This document shows, piece by piece, positions 28,264-40,640 of a stretch of DNA of 50,017 bases. Source of the DNA: Chromera velia (Eukaryota); contig JAHBMJ010000323.1 of assembly GCA_018398765.1 (NCBI GenBank), forward strand, positions 1 to 50,017, read 5' to 3'. Below the pieces are notes generated by a model, which was not told the DNA's origin, made no database searches, and saw nothing but the letters and a program-made list of their open reading frames with translations. Numbering within the stretch: position 1 is the first letter of the stretch; each line of letters begins with the position of its first letter. A program made the translations under genes and the position numbers.

Positions 28264-29662
28264 TGGTCTGTGCCACTTTTTTTATCTCAATGCAGATCAT
28301 CGCAGGAGAAAACCCTTGTCAGAGGGGATGGGGGCGGGATGTCTTCGGCCTGATGGATACAATCGAGTTCCTTCAAGAGGCGCTCGCAGATACTCAGTCG
28401 AGACTTTGGGAGGATATGCAGGGAGCATGTGTTACCCGCGAGTTATTTCGTGAGGAGCGGGATGAACTGAATGAAAGGGTCGCGGCCTTTGCACAGTTCT
28501 TAAGAGAGCATCTCCTGCCCCCCCGTTCGAAATGGACAAATGGGACCATTCCTCTGCTATGGAAACGGAACACCAATTTTTTTTTATGCGCCAAACAGGG
28601 AGAGAGGGGAAAAGGGGGCTCTGATGGGAAGGGGGGTGGAGAGGAGGTCCTGGAAGAGCGGCAGGGATGGGAAAGAAACGCGGGTCAGGAAGACGTGGAG
28701 CAGGCAGTTGTGCAGCTTGAGGAGGAAGAGAGAGAACTAGAGAGAAAGCTGCGCACTTTTAGAGACAAAAAGAAGCAGTCATCAACCTCTTCCGCTTCTT
28801 CTTCCTCCTGCTCCTCCTCTTCAGCTGCCTCAAAAAGGGGGTTGCGGTTGAAGGGGCGGAAGGGGGGCGGTCTCATTCGTCCCTCCTCTCAGTCAGGTTC
28901 CTCTTCCGGGCCGCGCTCTGCGGCTGCGTCTTCCTACGTGTTGAGGACATACACATAAAAGGAAAAAGGAGAAAGCAAAGGAAAGGAAAACAAAGAACGA
29001 GCTCTTTTCCTCCCCGAATCGATCCCTTTCTTTCTACCTGTCTATCTATGTGTCTCTCTCTCTCTCTTATGGATCTACTTGTCTTTCTATCTTTTGAAGG
29101 TCTACCGTCTTTCTTTCTTTCACATGCGCGAATTTAAAATTTCTGAGGGGGAACAGGAATGATCCAGGGGGACGCCATCAAATCGCACAGTAAGGCCTTC
29201 CTTACCTGATTCTTTGAGTCTCTCATGAAGAAGGAAAAGAAAAAGAAAAAGAGGGAGAAAGAAAAAAAGTCATTTCTTTTTGTGCTTCTTATGTGGATCG
29301 CAATAATTTGTTCCTCTTTCTCTTTTCTTGACCCTAGCTCTCGACCAGTTTATCTGCCGAAGTCCGTGATGTCGGCGTCGTCGAGAGGTCGTGCATACCA
29401 GGTCACTCCTTGCCTGCCTGGTCGTTCTCTTTACTAGTGCGGAAGCAAGCATCGACCAGCCATGAGGACTTTTATTATTGAAAGCCACTCCTGTGTCTGA
29501 ATAATTATTATTTTGATGTATAATGATTATGTCTGTCAGTGAATAATCATTATTGATATGAATGATTATCATATTGGTCAATAATAATTATTCTTAAATA
29601 GTGGTTATAGAGTTTCAATAATTATTATGCAAAACATCTTTGAGTTATCTCAGTGATGCGGA
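27387..29662. mobile_element. TIR element (20-bp perfect TIR) with AATAATTATT subterminal repeats and captured coding sequence
   Basis: TCCGCATCACTGAGATAACT (27387-27406) and AGTTATCTCAGTGATGCGGA (29643-29662); no TSD recognised. Confidence 0.75.
27853..28958 (+). pseudogene. Spliced gene fragment of unknown function inside the TIR element
   Basis: Putative exon ~27853-28051 (one in-frame TAG at 27947-27949), GT-AG microsatellite intron, exon 28296-28958 with coiled-coil-like and Ser-rich tail. Confidence 0.45.
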
Positions 29663-30389
29663 GTACCTTCTGATTTTTATTTCAGCCTTCATCTGAAGTA
29701 ACTTAGAGTTTTTCATACATTTCTTCTTTTGCTTTTCAGACCCATATTTGCGGGTTCAAACCTGCATTTGCGGGTGCAATACTTGCCAGACATCGTATCG
29801 CATCGAAGTCGTATCGTGTCTCAATAAGGATGACAGACTGCCCTTTCCAGCCTTTCCTATTTCTGGCAAGAATGAAAAAAAGAGGCAGTCAAGACTCGAA
29901 CCCAAGACTGTTCGCTTATAAACCATATATTTTAACTACTAGGCCAATTGACTAGGAAAACCACTTTTAAAATTTAGTGTTTAGTACAAATTTGAAGTTA
30001 CTTTCATTCTAAAACTGAAACTATTTAAGACATAAAATTTAAAGCTTTTTAGTTCAACATAACACGTCCTTCTTGCTCAAAACCGTATTCCACGACGGTT
30101 TCCTTCAAGATAATGCGTTCCTTTTGCTTACTTTCAATTCAAAATTAAATGTCAGAATAAAAGGTGACTGGAAAGAACCGACGCATGAATTTCAAAGATT
30201 CATTCTCGAGTGAGAAAACTTGAATTCAATCCTACGGGGCCACACTGTATGCGGCCTATGGTAATGCCTACTTGGTTCTTAGTATAAAAAGTGATAAACA
30301 GATTCTGTCTAAAAAAAAATTGATCAAATAGAATATAAGATAATGTCTGAAAAGTTTATTCTGACATGTTTTAGCTTGGTTGTTGACTG

Positions 30390-31020
30390 GCAGTTCCTAC
30401 TAGTTCTCATGCAAAAAGTAGGTGTCCAGTGTTTTGGTTTCTAAGTTCCTAAAATACGGTTCCTGACCACTCTGAACTGAGGCTGCCACAGGAACGACAA
30501 AGGACCTAAAGTAAGTATATGAATACCAAAATTGCTAAAAAGTTAAACAAAAACCTTAGAATCTATGGAAGAACCCTAAAAAACCAGTAGGAACCGTATG
30601 AGAACCAAAGAATTATGTAGGAAGTTACTAGGAACTGCCTGGAGGACTACAAAGAATTCAGTCCCTCAATTGGCCCAAGACGCTCCTGGTGCTTATTAAG
30701 TGATACTAGTGCTGTTTGCTTCTTTAGACTGGGCAAGAGGGAAGCTATCTTCCGGGGGGGAGCCAAAGAGGATCGATGGAAGCGTGTTTGTAGATAGGAG
30801 CGAGCTAACATGAGCTGGTACGACTTGTGTCTGCATTTAATCAGTTGTAAACTCATCTACAGCCTCTTTCGAATGCATTTCTTTACAGAGAAATGTTAGT
30901 TTTTATTGGTTCTTGATGGTTCCTTCCGGTTCCTTCATGGTTCCTAAAAGGCGGTTCCTAGGCTTTTTGGTCAACGTGAGAACCAAAAGCTCGGACATGA
31001 CTTTATCGTCGGGAACCAAC
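30390..31020. repeat. Degenerate GGTTCC/GGAACC-rich repeat, probably a MITE remnant
   Basis: Many GGTTC and GAACC words in both orientations in TpA-rich context. Confidence 0.4.
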
Positions 31021-31042
31021 ATCAATCTCTCATCTAAGTCTA

Positions 31043-32160
31043 GGGTATGACACCTAAAAAAAAAAATAATATAATTTAATTACAAACTCTAGGGGTATGT
31101 GTCACCCTGATTAGCTATAACTCTAAAAAGTGGTTTTTCAAGGTTTTTAGGATAAACTGACCTTATTCCTATGATAACACAACTTTTTAAATTAAATCTC
31201 ATGACCTTTTATATATAGGAAAGTCAATTCGCCCTCTAAGGTTTGCAAACGCTCATGACGTCGGTTTGTAAACCTAATCCCCCAACCAGGTCCTGACCAA
31301 ACCTGATCAAAGTGTCACCAAACCTGTCTAAACCTGTCTAAACCTGGTTCCAAATGGCTTTTGCATAAACACAGAGAAGATGCAAAGCAAACACAACCTG
31401 GCATTTTACCAGGAAACATCAGATAAACCGATTATTCAACGAATGTAGGATGAAGTCAAGAACATAAAAGCTGTCTTCATTCTTTCACACTTCAACAGAC
31501 TTCGCCAGAGGTACAATTTCCTTTTCAAACGCCTGGTCAACTTGCTCCGATTCTCTATCTTCAATTCGTAAGCCGCCATCAATATTTAATGCAGTGGGTT
31601 TCCAAATTCCTCAATCATATATGTGGTTTCCACGGAGAGGCGATCAAGCAAACAAAGATCGTGCCAGGAAAGAAGAGAGGGGAAAAGGGCGCCGGGGAGG
31701 GGTAGGACAAGGAGGATGCAGCGGCTGCTGTGAATGCTGATGCAAGCGAGGCTGTATCCCCTTCTTAAAACACTCATGCACAAAGTGTCACAGACATGGT
31801 CCTGCCGGCAAAAACGTATAAAATGTGCTTTTAACAGATTATTCACATACAGATTTCAGAAGTTTGACCAGGTTTGGACAGGTTTGAAGAGGTTTGGAAG
31901 GTTTGAGTCTGGTGCGACCATGGTTTCCAAACCAATTCTAAACTTAATGTAGCGAATGGGTTTTAAACTCATCTAAACCTACCCTAACCTACCCTAACCT
32001 TAGCTACTTAACCCCCTTTTAGCGTTAAACTTTTTTAAGCTTTTCTAGCAAAATGAGCTCTAAAAAATTCCAAAAATCTCTTTTAAAACATCAAAAATTT
32101 AAGTTTTTATTGAAAAACCTAACTTCAAACCTAGGGTACCCTCACAAAGTGTCAGACCCT
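31043..32160. mobile_element. Non-autonomous TIR element inserted at CTAG
   Basis: TCTAGGGTATGACAC (31039) and GTGTCAGACCCTAGA (32149-32163); inverted internal AAACCTG / CAGGTTT arrays at ~31295-31350 and ~31860-31905. TA vs CTAG duplication is ambiguous. Confidence 0.6.
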
Positions 32161-32643
32161 AGATCTAGGTATAAGGAACTCTTAGGAACTTGAATCAACA
32201 TGTTGTAAAAAGCTTAAAACAAACGTTTTTAGAGGCTAGATTAACAGTAGACTTAGTAGTCTGTACCTATATCTAATCTAGGGTTAGTAAGAACTACTAG
32301 GAGTGCGAGACCGTAGATTCGATCAGATTCTTTTGAATCTGTATGAGACAAAATCATCGCTGGGTCACCTTTTCCCTATTGTTGAAAACCCATTCCCTCT
32401 TTCTATTTACTGATAAGAACCAGCGTGTCAGCCCCTCAACCACCCCCAATAACCCTTATTCAAAGCACCTCATACTTGCAAACCAAAGTAAACCAAGATT
32501 CAGTGAAGACCGGTGAAGACCGAAGACAGAGAAAAAAAAAAAAACAGAATGAGAATGATACGCAGGAAGGTAAACCGGATATACACAAGCCCAAAGCGCC
32601 CCAATTCCCCCCCCAAAATTTAGACCCCCCTGGATTACTTCGG

Positions 32644-33141
32644 TCATTCCTCCCACAACCCCCGTTGCTCCCGATTCCCAACTGACCTAACCACAAAGTC
32701 GAAAAGTCTTTGCTGTCTGCTGAGACCCTCTGTGTCTTTGTCATCTGCCAAGAGTACTTGGAACTTTTTCTGAAGGCGGGCCTTCTCTACTGCCTCAAAG
32801 AGGACTTCCTCGAAGGTCCTTCTGCTAAGCTTCAGAAGGAGAAAGGAACGATAAAACGATAGCTGGAGAATCCAGTTTACCGCCAAGTAGTCCTGATGCA
32901 GGGAGAGGAGGGAGTAAAAAAGGATAAAATGGTCTACATGGAGTAAGCAACACATGGCAACACTAATCGGATACGGACATTGTATGCCCATACAGACTTG
33001 AATGAGCTTGCGGAGCTGGCGGTTGACGCGGAGAGCGAAGGAAACGTCCTGGCCCAACATATCGATGATGGCACCCACGAGGGGATTGTGCTCACGGAGA
33101 AGTGACACAAGAGCCGACGAATTCTCCGGTTGGTCAGTCAT
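32644..33141 (-). CDS. Hypothetical protein divergent from the RlmN gene; 3' end uncertain
   Basis: ATG at 33141; likely in-frame 105-nt intron 32997-32893; a further GTCAGT donor near 32685; no recognisable domain. Confidence 0.45.
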   Translation of the reverse strand: MTDQPENSSALVSLLREHNPLVGAIIDMLGQDVSFALRVNRQLRKLIQVCMGIQCPYPISVAMCCLLHVDHFILFYSLLSLHQDYLAVNWILQLSFYRSFLLLKLSRRTFEEVLFEAVEKARLQKKFQVLLADDKDTEGLSRQQRLFDFVVRSVGNREQRGLWEE

Positions 33142-33817
33142 AATCGGATATATAGCTTTGTGTTGTTTGGACTAAGTCGATAGTATCTATACGGCCGGAG
33201 TTTTCCGCTTGCAACTCACTCGAAATTCTCCCGCACAACAACGAAGGACAGAAATGGGGGGGGCGCAGATCAGTTGTGAGTCAGTGATAGGACCGGATCC
33301 CTGGAGTCTGTCAGATGAAGGGGCCGGGTGATAAAGAGATCGACAAAACGTACGCATACGTTCGATGCAGCTAGAAAGCTGGAATTTTTGAAAGCTGCAT
33401 GCATGCATGTTGCGACGGCATTTCGATCGGCCGATGGACCGCGGGGCCGGCCCGCGGCTCCGCGCGCGCGGCCGGGGCTTTGCGCCAGCGCCCGCATGCA
33501 GCCACCCTAGCTTAATTTCGAAGCAATTAACACCCGCTGCCAGCCGGATTTTTTTTTCCCGCTAGCTGTACATCCTCCAACGACCGAAATCAAACTCATT
33601 CAAGCGCCTGAGAAAGCAAGAGGAAGTGAGCGGACAGCAGTTGCTCGTGTGCATCGATCCTTGCAGTTCAGTCCACTTGCATCATCCGCTGTGTGTTCTT
33701 GCAGCGTTGGGTTGTCTGCTGGTCTGCGGGAAACCCGGTTCAGTCTTCTCCTTCGTTGATCTTGCGTCCATACTTTTGAACCTGCCAGATCTATATAGGC
33801 TGTTTTCGTGTGGAAAA

Positions 33818-34788
33818 ATGAAGGTTTATGCAAAACTGCTTTCTTTCGTGGCATGCGCCTGTCTTGTGAGAACATGCGAAGGCTTTCTCCTCCCATCACC
33901 CTCTTTGGAGACGTGCGCAAATTCAGCTAGCCGTCTCCGTCGATGTTCACGGCCGTTGAGTCTCTCCATGCAAAGGCACGCGCAAGGAATGAGAGGGGAC
34001 AACAAGCGGGAGTCAAAAGGCACTTCAGGAAAGGGCAGTACTGAAAGGTTGGCTGCAAAACGCAACAGAGAAGAGAGGGAGACAGGGCGGGATCCAAAGA
34101 GCAAGAAATGGGGGGGGCAAAATATTTTCGCATTGACATCAGAGCAACTTGAGCAGATGGTGAAAGACATGGGCCTGCCTGCGTACCGTGCCCGTCAGAT
34201 TTACTCCAATTTGTACGAGAGAGGTGCCTTGTCGTACGAAGAGATGACAGACCTTCCGAAGAGTCTTCGGCAACGGCTAGAGACGGAGACTGTTTTTGGG
34301 TCTCTCAGTGTTGCTGATGAACAAGTGAGCAGAGACGGGACAATCAAGAGAGCTTATGCACTGCGAGACGGCCAACTGATAGAGACGGTGTTGATGCCCT
34401 ACAGTGACAGCAACAGGAGAACAGTGTGCATCTCGTCTCAGGCAGGATGCGCACAGGGTTGCAAATTCTGTGCTACAGGTCTGTCTGTCAGTCTCTCTGA
34501 TTGTTCGTCTGTCTTTTGAGCATCCGTTTGAGCTTTCTACTCGTTCCGTCGCGTCCTGCCTTGTCTTCCTGCGTCTGATACTGCAAGCCCATCGCGCTGC
34601 TTCTTTCTTCTTTGGTTCATTTCCTCCGTTCGTTTGAGCGTTCTGCATGTGATTTTTCCTTTCCTTCCTTCTTTCCTTCCTTCTTTCTTTCCTTCCTTCC
34701 TTCCTTCCTTCCTTGCTTCCTTGCTTGATTGCTTGTTTGTTTCCTTTTTTTTCTTCTTTTTCTTTTCTTTTCTTTTCTTTTCTTTTCT

Positions 34789-34829
<41 letters not shown>

Positions 34830-36099
34830 CTTTCCTTCCATCCATCCTTCCTACCTGCCTCTCCCCACATGTGTGTCTGTCTGTCTTTCTGACATTTTTT
34901 TGTCTCTCTTCTTCATTTCGTTCTTTGTCTGTTGTGTACGTGTAGTCCATTGTGCACATGGAGAGAAAGAGCGAAAAGAAAAACGCATACAGTCTCTCTG
35001 TATATCTGTATAAGTTTGTATGGAGTGCCAGATACCGTCTTTTCTGCTTTCTCTTGTCTTGAGTGGAAGTGGCTGGAAGTAACGTTCGAATTCAGCGGTC
35101 ATGTGAAGTCATGTCGGGAGGTGTAGAGGCATAGGGCGCTTAGCTGCACACTGTTTTAGTCTGTCTCTCTTTTTCTCCCCCCCTGTCTCTCCCTCTCTCC
35201 CTCTTTGTCTCCCCTGTTTGCTTGCTTCCGTGCTTCCTCCTGTTCCTTCGTCAATTCGTTGTCCTTTGGTTGTGCTTTGCTGTGCGGTGTTGCCTCTGTT
35301 TGCAGGTCAGATGGGGTTCGCACGGCAGCTGCGTCCCGAAGAAATCTTTGAGCAGGCCGCCCGTGCTTCGGCATGGCTGCGGAAGAGGGGGGAGAGGTTG
35401 TCGAACGTGGTGTTCATGGGAATGGGGGAGCCTCTTGCAAACTACGACAATGTGATGGCGGCCGTGGACAGGCTGCAGGCGGATCTGGGCATTGGGGCTC
35501 GGCACATCACGATCTCGACAGTGGGCCTTTTGGATCGTATCCGAAAGCTCTCACTTGAGAATCGTCAAGTGACCCTCGCTGTCTCCCTGCACTCAGTGAG
35601 AGACAGAGAGCGAAGCGCGATGATTCCAGCCAACCAAAAGGCGAGTGTAAGGGAATTGTTGGTGACCTGCGGTACCTACGCGTCAATGACGGGCAGGAGA
35701 ATAACGTTCGAGTGGGCGTTGATACGCGGGAAGAATGACACACCCGCGGAGGCCGAGTTACTTGCGAAGCTTCTTCGCGCCCATCTTCCGCGTCACATGT
35801 GCCACGTGAACGTGATTCCTCTAAACCCGACTCCGGGATTTGCGGAGAGGGAGACGGGTACAGAGGGGGTGAGGAAATTCCTTGACGTTTTGGAGAGACA
35901 GGGCATCAGTGCGACGTGCAGAGTCCGACGCGGTTTGGACATCTCTGCAGGCTGCGGTCAGCTTGCGACAGAGTTGGAGAGATTGAAGAATAAGGGGGTT
36001 CCTGTGGGGGTGGGAGACATGTATGAGGACTATGACTTAGGGAAGATCCCCTCCAGGGAAATATTTCAAGAAGACATTAGCGATTTATCTTTTAGTTAG
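33818..36099 (+). CDS. rlmN: RlmN/Cfr-family radical-SAM RNA methyltransferase, predicted plastid-targeted
   Basis: Exons 33818-34478 and 35306-36099. YRARQI, SRDGTIK, IETVLMP, CISSQAGCAQGCKFCATG, MGMGEP, ITISTVG, LAVSLH, NVIPLNP, RRGLDISAGCGQL. N-terminal signal ending CEG|F then Ser/Arg-rich transit-like peptide. Confidence 0.93.
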
Positions 36100-36977
36100 T
36101 GAAATTGAGAACGATTCTCTTTGCCGTTAATTTGTAAGACTTTCGTACAGTGCGGTTCAGTAAAAATTAAATTAATGGAGAACTTTCTGCACAATTAGTG
36201 ATTAGTGATTAGTGATTAGTTATTGAGTTCATTTCTAGTTTATATGTCATCATCATCATCATTCACCATCGCTGTACCTTAGTCTATTACGGCCCGGGCC
36301 ATAAATACCCATCAATGGGCGTTTAGCGCTCGGCTGATTCGAGCCAGGGTTCGAACTTCTACAAAAGAAAACAAAATGTACGTCAATGTACGTAGATGCT
36401 AGTATATGCATATAGACCATGCATGTCTACTAGTAGAAGTATTGCAAAAAAAAACGTTTTAAATTTTCAGTTCAAAAAAGAAAAAAAAAAAAATGCTAGA
36501 AAAACGATAGAAGAATATTTTAGGGAGGATGTAGGTAGTATAACTGCTAAGTTACTACTTTAAACCTATAGTTTTAAACTCCAGTCCCTTGTATTTCCCT
36601 ATATGTCAAATTATATCGAATTAATGATCCATATTTTATTTTTAATTATTTTTGGATTAACGATATAATTAACTGACTCAAACTGATTCAAACTGATTAA
36701 TTATATTCTACCGCGATACCTACTGACTATTAGTAGCAGTGACTACCACTGACGGTCAGTAATGCTAAGTAATAGTCAGTAATTATCAGTAATATCTGTT
36801 TTCCCCCTTCCCCCCTCACCCTTTACCCTTCTCCTTCCTGTTTCAATAGGCCGCGGAGGGCACCTTTAAATTTCGTTGATAATCGAGGATTAGGGTGTTG
36901 TCATACATGCCTTTAAGTGTCTTTTAATTGTCTCTCGCCAACCGGCGGCCGGCACCTTGATTTTCGTTTTGCAATTA

Positions 36978-37527
36978 CCGTATATTTCACCATACTTTGC
37001 CCATTGGGGTTTCGGGTCCTCCACCTAAACATACCAAGTTTAAAAAAACTCCAGATAAATCCATGTAAAGAGCCTGTCCAAAAGTGAGGGGGCACTCATG
37101 CATTGCAGCCTACAAGAAGCGTGCACTGCCTCAGTCACAGCTCAGGATTCCTCAATCTAACCTAGAGAGAGAAAAGAGTCGTCAGCCTCCCGGGTGGACG
37201 GTCTGGTGGGTGCCCTGCAGAAAGAAGAAAACGACACATATGGACAGAGGGGCATGCAGGGAGACAGATGGGCAAATCTTTCAGTTCTTATCACTTCAAT
37301 AAAAATTTGATGAAAAAGGCTGTTCTATGGACCCCCCCGACCTCAAAGATGTAATCAGCAACTTTGGAGACCCCCATTTGGTCATTTGAGCTGTGACCCA
37401 AGATCTCCCCCTGCCTCGACTTTGCACGATCTCTCCAGCCAGAAATTTAAAGAGACGGCAGAGAAATGCATGCACGGGCGGCCCCGGAAGGCAGTGCGAA
37501 AGTGGGCAAAGTATGGGTGAATCTGGT
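36978..37527. mobile_element. MITE copy 1 (~550 bp, TA flanks)
   Basis: TA|CCGTATATTTCACCATACTTTGCCCA ... TGGGCAAAGTATGGGTGAATCTGG|TA imperfect TIRs. Confidence 0.75.
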
Positions 37528-37857
37528 ATCTGAAGAAAAATTCGTATGGGACGTCATAGAAGGAGGCAGGAGGCAGGAACGGCATATGAACAGGAAAGGG
37601 TCTCATGGTATACAGAAAACAAAAAACGCCATCTCTGGCCAGGAAAGCATGGCACAGCCACACAGAGTAGAATGAAAGATACAGAGGGGGGGGCACGTCT
37701 AACGCTTTGCTGACCTGCCTTCCTCTCTCACCACAGAGAAGAGGAGAGATGCCGAGGGAGTGCACCTGTAGAGGGCATGCATGCACCAATATATACACTG
37801 AGTGACAGGCCCCTGCCGCTAGTAAATTCAGCCAAGGAAGAGAAACAAACAAGCATA

Positions 37858-38407
37858 CCGTATATTTCACCATACTTTGCCCACTGGGGTTTCGGGTCCT
37901 CCACCTAAACATACCAAGTTTGAAAAAACTCCAGATAAATCCATGTAAAGAGCCTGCCCAAAAATGAGGGGGCACTCATGCATTGCAGCCTACAAGAAGC
38001 GTGCACTGCCTCAGTCACAGCTCAGGATTCCTCAATCTAACCTAGAGAGAGAAAAGAGTCGTCAGCCTCCCGGGTGGACGGTCTGGTGGGTGCCCTGCAG
38101 AAAGAAGAAAACGACACATATGGACAGAGGGGCATGCAGGGAGACAGATGGGCAAATCTTTCAGTTCTTATCACTTCAATAAAAATTTGATGAAAAAGGC
38201 TGTTCTATGGACCCCCCCGACCTCAAAGATATAATCAGCAACTTTGGAGACCCCCATTTGGTCACTTGAGCTGTGACCCAAAATCTCCCCCTGCCTCGAC
38301 TTTGCACGATCTCTCCAGCCAGAAATTTAAAGAGACGGCAGAGAAATGCATGCACGGGCGGCCCCGGAAGGCAGTGCGAAAGTGGGCAAAGTATGGGTGA
38401 ATCTGGT
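37858..38407. mobile_element. MITE copy 2, direct repeat 880 nt downstream of copy 1
   Basis: Near-identical to 36978-37527 (about 7 differences, all transitions); own TA flanks. Confidence 0.75.
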
Positions 38408-39040
38408 ATAATGTTTTACATGCATGCATGTATCATCATCGTTGCTATATAATTCGCTATACATGCCGGCAGTCTGAACGACATAAAAACTTTTGAAGCT
38501 TTAACTGGCTCACTATAGAGACCAAGAAGTCAAGTTGTTAGAAAAATCCCAAACCTGAAGGTTTTCCATTTAAAATCGTGTAACAAAGACAGCCTCAAGC
38601 TGAACCGACGTCTCGAAAAACCCTGTCACCTTAATTGCCCAATGTTCCGTCTCTGTCCATTTCTTCTTAGCGTGTCGGCATCGGCACATTTGCTTTCCAG
38701 AGGCATTGAGAGACGCGGTCCGACTTCTGGTCCCCAAAATTCGGTGGTCAGTCAGTCAGTTGGTCATTCGGAGCCCACTGCGCTGAGACGGTTTTCCAAA
38801 CTTCTGTAATTAACAAAAGGTACTCTTGTTCCGCATATTGCGCAAACCGCTTACACCTGCTTGCAAACCCGTGCAGGGTAATTGTTTCGGGAAGGGCCAT
38901 GCAGCTTGCCGTTCCGGCATGCGTCGGTGAAAGTCTCTAGGGTAAAAGTATTACTATGTGATTCCACTGCCCTTTGCACCTTTTCTCACTGCATCTTCCC
39001 TCAATTTTGGTTGCAGATTAACTTTCTTGAGGCATCTAGT

Positions 39041-40640
39041 ATGCTAGACGAGATTTTGAAATCGACAGAGGAAATTGATTGGAGTGGAAGGTGGGTGTGC
39101 GATGCCGGTGTGGAGAGGCTTGCAAAAGCGCTGCAGTCAAAGGGAGCGCCCAACCTTAAGAAACTGAACCTTGCCTCCAACGGCATGGGAAAAGAGGGTG
39201 CAAAGGCCCTTGCCGAAGCCCTGAAGTCAGGCAGTGTGCCCGAGTTGTCAGTGCTCGACCTCTCTTCGAATGAAGGTGGGGGGACGTTGGAAAAGATGAT
39301 TGCAGAAGCGCTTCCATTAGTGCCCAAGCTTTCCAAATTGGTCCTCTCTGATAATCAGATGTGGGGCGGTGGTAAGCATCTTGGAGACGCCTTACAGAAA
39401 AGTGCCGCTCCGAACTTGTTGGAGTTGTTCCTGTCGAAAGAAGGTGTCGATTTCGACGGGTGTCTATACATTGCAGCCGCCCTCAAGTCCGGCAACCTCC
39501 CCAAATTGACCACCCTTGACCTCAAGTCAAACAATCTGGACGACAACTGTGTTGTGAAGTTGATACAGGCCCTGCAGTCAGGCAAAGTCCCAAACCTGAC
39601 TGATCTCGACCTTGCAGATAACAGACACGGCTTTATTAAGGAAAAAGGTTCAGAAGCTGTCCTGAATGCCCTCGACTCCGATATGCCCCCCCCTTTAACC
39701 AAAATTGTTCTTTGGAAAGCCGAAAAAGACTATACAAAATTCAGATACGATAGCCCCTTTCGAATGCTTACCCGTCTGATCGAGAAAGGCAAGCTGCCAG
39801 CCGTGACTTCCCTAAATCTTGCACGCCTTGGAGTCCACATGAGGGGATCTCTATGAGGCCCTCGAATCGGAAAACATGACAGCGCTGACGAAGCTGAATC
39901 TTCGTTTCACTCGTTTGAATACAGACAGGTTTGCAAAGGTGCTTCAGTCTGGCTCCCTGCCAAACCTGGTGGAAATCGATTTGTCCCGTAATTACATGAA
40001 TAAACCGATCACAGAAGCGTTCCAGTCCGGAAAAGTCCCCAACCTGACTAAACTATACCTTGACCACATCGACTGCAGATTGGGTACCGAATTTGCCGAG
40101 GGAATCGCTGCAGCGGCCATACAGGGCGGAGGAATTCTAAACCTCTCAGAGTTGGACCTTGTGGGGACAAGGTTCTACTTCGAGGGTGCTAAAACGCTCG
40201 CAGCAGCAATGTTATCCGGCAATCTGAACAAATTGACCAAACTCGACATTGCCAACAACCGCATCCCTGCCGAAGGCATCATAGAAATTGCAGAGGCAAT
40301 GCAGGCAAGCACTGTTCCTAATCTTTCGGTGCTGCAAATTTGGGGTGCAGGGTATGAGTCATTTGGTGACGAGGGTGCGAAAGCCCTCATGTGTGCCATT
40401 CAGTCCGGCTCCCTGCCAAACCTGTTGGAGATGGATTTTGAAGGAAATGAAATCGGCTCAGAGGGGCGAGAGGCGCTCAGAGAGGCGCTGCAGTCCGGAA
40501 AAATCCCCAACCTGACTAAAATCAACCTCTTTGGAAACCGAATTGACAGAAAGGGCATAGAAAAACTTGCAACTTTGCCCCAGTACCTTCCAAGACTGTC
40601 GAAATTCATACTCATAGATCATTACGATTCAATCATATGA
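39041..40640 (+). pseudogene. RNI-like leucine-rich-repeat protein with a 1-nt frameshift (or sequencing error)
   Basis: Repeats of ALxSGxxPNLxxLDLxxN in ORFs 38882-39856 and 39876-40640; removing one G from GGGG (39843-39846) joins them as ..HMRDLYEALES.. Acceptor at 39016 suggests an upstream exon. Confidence 0.8.

Noticed and set aside
31975..32002. ACCCTAACCT repeats resembling telomere
   Set aside because: Only about two imperfect units inside a TIR element.
36976..38409. Interpretation as LTR/TRIM element
   Set aside because: Each repeat has its own TIRs and TA flanks; no TG..CA, PBS or PPT.
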